This document shows, in pieces, positions 1 to 7,165 of a DNA stretch of 31,909 nucleotides (its first letter is position 1; each line of letters begins with the position of its first letter). The stretch covers positions 1 to 31,909 of the forward strand of contig JBFWWG010000021.1 in NCBI GenBank assembly GCA_050246315.1, read 5' to 3'. The stretch is from Nitrospiraceae bacterium. Its GTDB lineage: Bacteria > Nitrospirota > Nitrospiria > Nitrospirales > Nitrospiraceae. A program made the position numbers and the translations under genes. The notes under the pieces were generated by a model. The model worked only from the letters and a program-made list of their open reading frames with translations, did no database searches and was not told where the DNA came from.

Positions 1-213
1 AACCTACAGATTCGGATGGGGATGAGGCGGTTTACTCGGCTGACGAATGCTCACAGCAAAAAGATTGAGAATCATGTCCATGCCCTGAACCTCTATTTCA
101 TGTATTACAACTTCGCCAGGATTCATTCGACGCTGAGAGTTACCCCTGCCATGCAAGCCGGAGTTGCAGATCATGTGTGGTCTTTGGATGAAATCGTGGG
201 CTTACTCGGTTGA
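1..213 (+). CDS. IS1-family DDE transposase, C-terminal fragment (5' partial)
   Basis: NLQIRMGMRRFTRLTNAHSKKIENH...YYNFARIHSTLRVTPAMQAGVADHVWS matches the RxxRLTNxFSKK...YNFxRxHxTL..TPAM..G pattern of IS1-like transposases. The frame is open from position 1. Confidence 0.85.
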   Translation, partial: NLQIRMGMRRFTRLTNAHSKKIENHVHALNLYFMYYNFARIHSTLRVTPAMQAGVADHVWSLDEIVGLLG

Positions 214-228
214 AACTTTACCAGTACC
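1..228 (+). mobile_element. Right end of an IS1-family insertion sequence, truncated by the window edge
   Basis: Transposase C-terminus runs to 213, followed by tgaaactttaccagtacc (211-228). Its reverse complement GGTACTGGTAAAGTTTCA has the GGTA start typical of IS1-family terminal inverted repeats. Confidence 0.75.
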
Positions 229-269
229 TATTTTCGCTCTGGTGCAGGATCGTGTATAGTGGCTTTGCT

Positions 270-1019
270 ATGGTTTCAGATCTGATCGCACATGAGTTGG
301 CCCAGCCGTACCCCACCTTGGTTCGCCTCATCGGGGTAAAGGTTAGAAACCACGGAGAGGTCAAGAAACTGAACGGAGCGTCGGTGATCGCCAGTCTGGG
401 CGACCCCCTCGTGCTGGAGCATGATGGGGAGCTGACTTATGGGATCGTCCATACCGAGCCCTATACCGTTCCGTTCAGTCCACCGATGAGGGTGATGAAG
501 TCGGTGCTTCGTGTCCCGACGACGGAGGAATCGGCGATCATTCGCCGTCAACCTTCCCTCTCGCAGGAAGGGATGGCATTTTGCCGGGAACAGGCGGCGG
601 CGTTGGGCCTGCGGATGAAAATGGTCGAGGTTTACGCCGCGTTGGACCGGCGACACATCACGTTCGTCTATACAGCAGACGATCGGATCGACTTTCGGGA
701 ACTGGTCCGCATATTGGCTCGACGGTTCCATTCCCGCATCGAGATGCGGCAGATCGGAGCGCGGGAAGAGGCCAAACGCCTCGGAGGCGTGGATACCTGC
801 GGGTTGGTGCTCTGTTGCGCCAGCTTCCTCACCGACTTTCAACCTGTCAGCGCTAAGCAGGCGAGAAAGCTGGGTGTTCCGGTAGATGATCCCAAGCTGC
901 TGGGTGTCTGCGGTCGCCTCAAGTGTTGCTTGATGTTTGAAGCCATGGAAGCCAACAGTCCGACATGCCAATCGAGCCGGCTCATTTCGCCTTCGTCATC
1001 TTCTCCCGTTTCTTCCTAA
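270..1019 (+). CDS. ricT: PSP1 domain protein (RicT/YaaT family, regulatory Fe-S subunit)
   Basis: TADDRIDFRELVRILARRFHSRIEMRQIGAREEAKRLGG..CG..LCC and GVCGRLKCCL are PSP1 C-terminal signatures. ATG at 270 chosen because the TTG at 210 lies inside the IS end. Confidence 0.88.
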   Translation: MVSDLIAHELAQPYPTLVRLIGVKVRNHGEVKKLNGASVIASLGDPLVLEHDGELTYGIVHTEPYTVPFSPPMRVMKSVLRVPTTEESAIIRRQPSLSQEGMAFCREQAAALGLRMKMVEVYAALDRRHITFVYTADDRIDFRELVRILARRFHSRIEMRQIGAREEAKRLGGVDTCGLVLCCASFLTDFQPVSAKQARKLGVPVDDPKLLGVCGRLKCCLMFEAMEANSPTCQSSRLISPSSSSPVSS

Positions 1020-1292
1020 CCCGCATTATTCATGAAGGATTCTACTGCAACTGCGTATAGGCCGCCCCGACAAGCCTTGCCATGGCTTGTACACGGCCGT
1101 CGGACGGCCTCGCCGCTCGCCCCCTCAACATACTGACATACTGTTTCAAGTATGCTTCGGAACCTCACTCCTCCACGCGGGAGTACCCACTGCTCTTCCG
1201 ATCCAATGGGTCCACCACGTGGCGTCTTCGGGTACCCGTTGCTCCGAACATGCAACGGGTGAACCGTCACGAATCTTCATGAATAATGCGGG
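1020..1292 (+). mobile_element. MITE-like non-autonomous element, copy 1 (273 bp)
   Basis: Terminal inverted repeats cccgcattattcatgaag (1020-1037) and cttcatgaataatgcggg (1275-1292), flanked by direct repeat CTAA (1016-1019 and 1293-1296). Several internal hairpins. Confidence 0.85.
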
Positions 1293-1431
1293 CTAACAGA
1301 CCTCATCTCCCTGTCACGAGACCGGTCCGGTCTGGCGGTGGAGACTTTCAGGTTCTGTCACGCCTGACCCTGCCACCGCCCGGCCACAGAGGGCTGCCGG
1401 CTATGATACGCTAACAGTCGAGATATTCCGG

Positions 1432-2808
1432 GTGACATGGGCCCGAGCCAAGGAGCCGCCGGTGGCACAGAAGGGGCAAGTGGTTCGATGCCCAGTCGAG
1501 GATAGGCTCTACTCCGGTTTCCTGCCCGTCCTCCTCATGCTCGGACTGCTTGCGGCTCCCGCCCAGGCAGAGATCAGAACACTGACGGCCGCGGGTGAAC
1601 ATATCCTCGGGGAACACGACACCAAGGAGGATGCCGTCCGCCTCGCGTCCGAAGCAGCCAAACGGAACGCACTGGAACAGGTGGCGCTCTACTTGGAGAA
1701 CGTCACGATCGTCACAAACTTCAACATCACCCGGGATGAAATCCGCACCTACACCGCCGGAGTCGTCAACATCCTCGATCAACAGGTCTCGACTCGCCTC
1801 GACGACAACAAGGTAGTCTTCCACGTCGAGATGGTCGCGCAGATCGACACGGACGAGGTCGCAGACGCCATCAAAAAGCTCCGGGAGAACGACGAGGCGA
1901 GGCAGCAGTTGGTCGCCCTGCAGACCGAAGTGGATCACCTGCAACAAGCCCTTGAAGCCGCGAACCAAGCCTTGAGTGCTGCCTCCACACGCGATCAGAT
2001 TGAAGAGGCGACACGGCAGCGGGCCGACCTCCTCAACCAAATGCAGTCCAACACGCTGGTCCATCAAGCCTGGACGGAGTGGGTGATCACGGGACCATTC
2101 CTTTGGTCTTCCCTATCCCCCTGGTCCGGCCCCGGCTACATCTACGGATTGCTCGCGCAGGCCGGCCGACTCTATCCCGAAAATCCCTACGTCCCAGTCG
2201 CCCAACAGGCTGTGGCGGCTCAGAGCGGCCTCCCCGTTCCCCCAACCGCACCCGCCCCTCCAGCTCCCCACGCTCCTCCCCAACCGCCGCCTGGAGTCAC
2301 CCGACCGACTCCCGTTGTCCCTACGACAGTCTCGCCGAGCGCGGGAGGTCCGTTCACCTCCACACCCTCGGCCTCCAACCGAAGCCTGCACCGCTTGCAG
2401 ACCACATTTCCCGGGTCGAATCCGATACCGATGTCACCGACTCCTGATTCGGGCGGACAGATGGTGCCTCCAACCGGCAACTCAGCTCCCCCGCGCCAAC
2501 TTCGCCAATTCCTGACGCAGCCCGGCATCGCTCGGCCGCCTTCCGTGGTCGGGCCGCCGGCGGCCGGCAGTCCTTCGGTGGCACCTTCAGTGCCGCCGAT
2601 CGTCCCTCAACTTTCCCCGTCGAACCAGCCCACGAGACCGACCGCGCCATCGGTCCATGTTCCGCATGGGCCAAGTAAGGCTCCGCAAGCCTCAACTCCT
2701 TCGTCAGGCCGCGGGCTGTCTCAACTGCAACGTTCGTTTCCCGGTGTGGCTCCTCAGGGTGGGGCTCAATCCGGCGGGGGCAAATCCAGTGGAGGCGGTG
2801 GCAGGTGA
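1432..2808 (+). CDS. Exported protein with LPP20/FlgT-N-like domain, coiled coil and long Pro/Ser-rich tail
   Basis: Signal-like LLMLGLLAAPAQA|EI; AVRLASEAAKRNALEQVA...IRTYTAGVV...FHVEMVAQID resembles the LPP20/FlgT-N fold; Q/E/A-rich heptads; low-complexity C-terminus. Start uncertain. Confidence 0.6.
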   Translation: MTWARAKEPPVAQKGQVVRCPVEDRLYSGFLPVLLMLGLLAAPAQAEIRTLTAAGEHILGEHDTKEDAVRLASEAAKRNALEQVALYLENVTIVTNFNITRDEIRTYTAGVVNILDQQVSTRLDDNKVVFHVEMVAQIDTDEVADAIKKLRENDEARQQLVALQTEVDHLQQALEAANQALSAASTRDQIEEATRQRADLLNQMQSNTLVHQAWTEWVITGPFLWSSLSPWSGPGYIYGLLAQAGRLYPENPYVPVAQQAVAAQSGLPVPPTAPAPPAPHAPPQPPPGVTRPTPVVPTTVSPSAGGPFTSTPSASNRSLHRLQTTFPGSNPIPMSPTPDSGGQMVPPTGNSAPPRQLRQFLTQPGIARPPSVVGPPAAGSPSVAPSVPPIVPQLSPSNQPTRPTAPSVHVPHGPSKAPQASTPSSGRGLSQLQRSFPGVAPQGGAQSGGGKSSGGGGR

Positions 2809-2811
2809 CGC

Positions 2812-3384
2812 ATGACCGCAATTTTCACTATTATTTCTAGCCTGGTCTCCGCGATGCTCTGGGCATCGGTTTCGTCGGCAGCCGATACCGGCGACGGCAC
2901 CGCTGCCGTTCGCCAACGAGCGAACCAGGCATTCGAGCGTCCGCACCAGCCCGCTCGGAACCAGTGGGGCGAAGCCGGTGTGTCCCGCGTGGAGGGGCGC
3001 TCGCCGGCGCTCGCCCCGCCTTCTTATTCTCCGGACTCCTATCTGATCGGGACCGGGCACGGCGACCTGGGGAAGGGGAGAATCACCTGTCAACGGGTCG
3101 CCGAGCTGTCGGCGCGGACCGACCTCGCGAAGCAGATCCGCGTCCTCGTCAAAGAGCACGCGATCGATCGGGTGCGCGAGCGGACCGGCCACAACAGCGA
3201 GCAAGACATCGAGATCGTCCGAGAAGAAATCGTCCAGGAATATCTGCAAGGCGTCAAAATTATCGACCGCCGGTTCGATGAGGCGAACGGCACCTGCTCC
3301 AGTACCGCCGTCATGCCCAAACAGGCCATTCCCTCCGATCTTCCACGCGAGGCTCCGGCCTCTCCTCCAACCTCGGCACGATAG
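2812..3384 (+). CDS. LPP20-family exported protein
   Basis: N-terminal signal peptide; YLIGTG...AELSARTDLAKQIRVLV...LQGVKIIDR is an LPP20-type pattern. Starts 3 nt after the upstream stop, suggesting an operon. Confidence 0.7.
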   Translation: MTAIFTIISSLVSAMLWASVSSAADTGDGTAAVRQRANQAFERPHQPARNQWGEAGVSRVEGRSPALAPPSYSPDSYLIGTGHGDLGKGRITCQRVAELSARTDLAKQIRVLVKEHAIDRVRERTGHNSEQDIEIVREEIVQEYLQGVKIIDRRFDEANGTCSSTAVMPKQAIPSDLPREAPASPPTSAR

Positions 3385-3542
3385 TGGGTCGGTCAGAACC
3401 TGCGCTGCGCTTCCTCCGATTGCTTGAGCCCCGCCTATGACGGTTCCGATCGTCCTTCGCCTCTGATCATCTCTCGATCATCGCGCCGATTTCCTGCCCC
3501 TCGTTGCACTGGAGCCTATGTTTCGGGTAAGTAAGTCCCGCC

Positions 3543-4811
3543 ATGCCTCTCGACAATAACTTCCAACATGCAGAGTACAGTAGGGCTGAGCCGAAGGACC
3601 GGGTGATTTACCGGGAACTGACTTCCGACCCGCACCCCGATTCCCCAGCCTGGGCTGATGCCATGGCTAGACAGGGGACAGAACTGGCTCGAGGGGGAGT
3701 GCGACTGGTCGTGCTGCTGCACGGCTCCCTCCTGGGTGCCGATCTGTTCGGCATGCAGCGGCTCGATGAAGCCGGTGGCCTCAAGCGCGGCTATTCTCGA
3801 GGCATTGCCGGGTTGGACGCCCTGCTGTCACAGATGAGAGAAGCCACCAACGGCCTGGCCGGTCCCCCCGGCTGGCCCCACCCGCCCTATCGGAACGACG
3901 CCGTGACGAAAACGATGCTCGACGAGACCTTGGCGGACGCCGGAAATGTCACGGAGCGAGGCCTGCAACTCTTTCGCAAGGGGATCAACCGGGAGCTCTC
4001 CAAGCCGATCGTCTGCGAACGGTACCTCTGGTCCTGCGAGCACCATCACTTGGGACGAGCGCAGGCGGCCTGTCGCTTGCTCGATGATCTGCACCGGTGG
4101 ACTGACGACCTTCAACTCGGGCCCGGCGATCGCCTGCTGGTCCACGCCCACGGGCAGGCCGGCCTCCTGCTCGCCCTGGCATCGAATCTCCTCGCTCCGG
4201 AGAGGCTGTCCGGTTACCTACGTTTCTTCGCGATCCAGAAAGAGGTGGCAAGACAGAATCTGTCCGGTACGGTCACGGTCGAGCTGCTGGAATCGCTGGA
4301 CCGGCGTCTGCGCGAACGCACGATCTTCAACGGGGCGACGCTCGACTTGGTGACATTCGGCACACCGGTGCGGTATGGCTGGGACCCCGCCGGCGTCGGT
4401 AAGATCCTCCATATCGTGAACCAACGCATGCTCCGGATCGACGGCAAGGCGTGGCTCGCAAAAGCAGAACTGCCACAGATCACCATGGAATTGCCCATCG
4501 CCTGGGGCGGAGACTATGTCCAGCAACTGGCCGTCGCCGGAACGGATGCCAAGCCCGCGTCATCCGAAGCTCAGGCGGCCAACAAGGCGCTCTGGGAGTT
4601 TCTGGAGCCCTGGGATGGATTCGAACGGTGGCTGGAGTGCGTCCGCCGATCCGTGCGCTGTCAAAACGACGGGCTCTGCATGCTGGTGGATTACAAAGAT
4701 TCGACGGGCTCGACCCAGCCCCGCGACCACTACTATGGCCACGCCGCCTACTCCCGTCAGAACGCGATGCTCTTCAACATATCGGAGATCGCTCGGGCGC
4801 TCTACACCTGA
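3543..4811 (+). CDS. Alpha/beta-hydrolase-fold hypothetical protein lacking the nucleophile Ser
   Basis: VVLLHGS (oxyanion strand), LLVHAHGQAG in place of GHSxGG, LVTFGTPV (lipase-like), C-terminal GHAAY. Confidence 0.65.
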   Translation: MPLDNNFQHAEYSRAEPKDRVIYRELTSDPHPDSPAWADAMARQGTELARGGVRLVVLLHGSLLGADLFGMQRLDEAGGLKRGYSRGIAGLDALLSQMREATNGLAGPPGWPHPPYRNDAVTKTMLDETLADAGNVTERGLQLFRKGINRELSKPIVCERYLWSCEHHHLGRAQAACRLLDDLHRWTDDLQLGPGDRLLVHAHGQAGLLLALASNLLAPERLSGYLRFFAIQKEVARQNLSGTVTVELLESLDRRLRERTIFNGATLDLVTFGTPVRYGWDPAGVGKILHIVNQRMLRIDGKAWLAKAELPQITMELPIAWGGDYVQQLAVAGTDAKPASSEAQAANKALWEFLEPWDGFERWLECVRRSVRCQNDGLCMLVDYKDSTGSTQPRDHYYGHAAYSRQNAMLFNISEIARALYT

Positions 4812-4867
4812 CACCTCCGGCCACATCGGCTGTGCTTGCATCGGACATTCGCCGCCGTGGGTCGCCG

Positions 4868-5794
4868 TTATTTCGTGCGGCGCTTGGTGAGCGAAGCGAG
4901 ATCATCCAGAAAGTATTGCAGATCCTGGTCGGTCGGCGTCCGCTCGATCACTACCAAGGTCCCGTGACTTGAGCCGAGCAGATTCTTGAGCGCAACGGTT
5001 CGCTGCTCGGGCGTCTTCGGCTCGGGAACAACCGCGATGCTGGCTTTCCAGGCGGACACCGCCCAGTACTTGGGTTTCGGGTCCGTCTCCTGAACATAAA
5101 AGTGCCCCGAACCGTCATACACGACACGAACATGTTCGTTCTTCAACACCTCCTCCCCGCTACCCGGATCGAAATAGCGCGAGTTCGTGACCGCCTCGGA
5201 TCCACTCAGCAGGCCCCGCACGATCAGAATCTCATGACCGAGGATCGCCTGCAGGCACGCTTCATTGCGCAAGGCGCGTTTCAGAATTTCGGTGGACACC
5301 ACCACCTGCGTCGTATCTGCCAGGATGTACATCGCCGGCGCCGACTGAGCCACCGCCAGTTTGATCCGCGGTATCCGTTGCACGGCGACATTCATGAAGA
5401 GCGGCAGCTCTTCCTCGACCAGTTTGAACCGCGGGGGGCTGCCGGACGGCCAGAGTTCAGGTACGTGCTGTGGGGCGGGGCGTTGATCCGGAGCGACTAT
5501 ACAGGCCGTGTTGAGAGGACGAGGATTTCCTTTCTTGAAGACAGCCCCGGGCGGCGAGGGTTCGGCAAATGATGGAATCGAGACCAACCGCGAATATTGC
5601 TCCGTGAGGTCCAGGTCTTGTTCCAATGCCTGCAGATAGCGTTGCTTGGCTTCGGCATAGCTGGTCAGGGTGGGGACGTTCGTTGGAGCGACACAGCCGG
5701 TGCCGCCAACAAGAACCGCGATCACGATCAGCCGGCAGCACTGATGAAGGAGGTGCGAACAGCGTGAACCGCCACCGTCATCCAGCTCGTTCAT
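4868..5794 (-). CDS. Hypothetical lipoprotein
   Basis: 308-aa ORF with hydrophobic stretch LIVIAVLVGGTG|C (lipobox-like); no family recognised with certainty. Confidence 0.65.
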   Translation of the reverse strand: MNELDDGGGSRCSHLLHQCCRLIVIAVLVGGTGCVAPTNVPTLTSYAEAKQRYLQALEQDLDLTEQYSRLVSIPSFAEPSPPGAVFKKGNPRPLNTACIVAPDQRPAPQHVPELWPSGSPPRFKLVEEELPLFMNVAVQRIPRIKLAVAQSAPAMYILADTTQVVVSTEILKRALRNEACLQAILGHEILIVRGLLSGSEAVTNSRYFDPGSGEEVLKNEHVRVVYDGSGHFYVQETDPKPKYWAVSAWKASIAVVPEPKTPEQRTVALKNLLGSSHGTLVVIERTPTDQDLQYFLDDLASLTKRRTK

Positions 5795-5940
5795 GAAGCC
5801 ATATTCGATTCAGGCTCGATGCTAGAAGTCCAGGCTCACCGGCCATGCTGGCACCCTTCAGGCGCTAGCCTACTGTGGAGGCGACCAAAGCTCAAGGGAA
5901 CCCAAGTTCATGGCCCAACCCGATCCGGTTGACGCGACAA

Positions 5941-6195
5941 TCACTTCTTAAAGATCAGTCTTGGAGAGGTCAGATCGCCGAAACCCACCGCAACCAGTTC
6001 CCACCCGGCGGCGCCATACTCGTTCAGCAACGTCTGCATGTTGTGGATATCCGTCGTCGCTTCCACGATCTTATATTGAAACTTCCGCGGCTCTTGCGCC
6101 CCGACCTGAAACCAGCGCCCGCCCAACATCAGCACCAGTACGAAGCCGAGCAAGGCCAGTCCGAACGATAGGGATGTGCTTCGAACGAGCATCAT
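5941..6195 (-). CDS. DUF4177-domain small protein
   Basis: N-terminal TM/signal followed by FQYKIVE...LLNEYGAAGWELVAV...LIFKK, the typical DUF4177 motif. Confidence 0.8.
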   Translation of the reverse strand: MMLVRSTSLSFGLALLGFVLVLMLGGRWFQVGAQEPRKFQYKIVEATTDIHNMQTLLNEYGAAGWELVAVGFGDLTSPRLIFKK

Positions 6196-6255
6196 GGTTC
6201 GCCTCCTACGCTGGTACGAGAATGATCAATTGTGGCGCAAGACTCCGTCTCGAGT

Positions 6256-6642
6256 TCAATACGGCATTTCGTCGTCGTCCAACCCGAAATGGTGGCCGAT
6301 CTCGTGGACGACCGTGTCGCGTACTTCCTGCACCACCTCGTTCTTGGTACGACAAAACCGAAGAATCGGCCCCCGATAGATCGAGATGTGCGCCGGAAGC
6401 TGTCCGCCTGCCTGGAAAAACGATTCCTTGTCGATGGAAACGCCCTGATAGAGTCCAAGCAGGTCGTCCTTGCTCTCCAATTCCATCTCGTCGAGCACCT
6501 CCTGCGACGGCTCCTCCTCCACCACGACGGCCACATTAGCCAAATGCTCGGCATAGGGCTCAGGCACGCTGTCGAGCGCCTCTTGCACCAAAGCCTGAAA
6601 CTCAGTTTCCGAGACCGATAGACTTCGCGATCGCCGGGCCAT
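6256..6642 (-). CDS. Zincin_1 (minimal zincin) metallopeptidase family protein
   Basis: LLGLYQG, ISIYRGPI and TVVHEIGHHFGLDDD. Confidence 0.9.
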   Translation of the reverse strand: MARRSRSLSVSETEFQALVQEALDSVPEPYAEHLANVAVVVEEEPSQEVLDEMELESKDDLLGLYQGVSIDKESFFQAGGQLPAHISIYRGPILRFCRTKNEVVQEVRDTVVHEIGHHFGLDDDEMPY

Positions 6643-6846
6643 AATTAGCTGCTCAATGATCGATTCGCCCCTCCTCGATCAACACCGTGTCAACCGGTGC
6701 CTGTGAGCTCTGCTTGAGACCATTCCGAGGTTGCAGGGCGAGCGACACTCGGCTTGACTACTCCCTCCACACTCGATCATCGTCCTTTTCCCAGGAATGA
6801 CGCTCATGCTGGTCCCACTGCGGCCGTCGAACGAGGCCCTTCTTAG

Positions 6847-7055
6847 CCCGCATTATTCATGACGCTTCGTGACGAAACCGACAAGACGCCAGACGAGACA
6901 GGCACGCGGAGCCTCGAGAGGGCGAGGCATACTTGAAACAGTATGTTGAGCCCTTGAGGGGCGAGCCTGCCTGCTTGGCTGCCTCTAACCCGCAGCCAAG
7001 CTCGTCGCAGCAGCGTATCGGCGGTTGCAGTAGAAGCGTTCATGAATAATGCGGG
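6847..7055 (-). mobile_element. MITE-like element, copy 2 (209 bp), inverted relative to copy 1
   Basis: Same inverted repeats, cccgcattattcatga (6847-6862) and tcatgaataatgcggg (7040-7055). Flanks ttag/ttgg (imperfect CTAA duplication on the minus strand). Shares ttctactgcaac, catactgtttcaagtatgc, tggcgtctt and cgtcacgaa with copy 1. Confidence 0.85.
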
Positions 7056-7165
7056 TTGGGGCGCGCGTTCCGGGAGCACAGGACCAGTATGAGCGTCCTT
7101 CCACCTTCCCATCTGCGGCCTCTGCGCGCACGAATATCGCCTCGACACGATGTGCCCCTTCTCTC

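Noticed and set aside
1016..1296. Small ORFs ending in MNNAG* (1016-1270, 1087-1296, and 6843-7370)
   Set aside because: The shared C-terminus is just the translated MITE inverted repeat (atgaataatgcggg + ctaa/ttag).
1330..1386. Imperfect hairpin (ggcggtgg/ccaccgcc with inner tcagg/cctga) as a riboswitch or terminator
   Set aside because: No U-tract or recognisable aptamer motif; such stems are common in GC-rich DNA.
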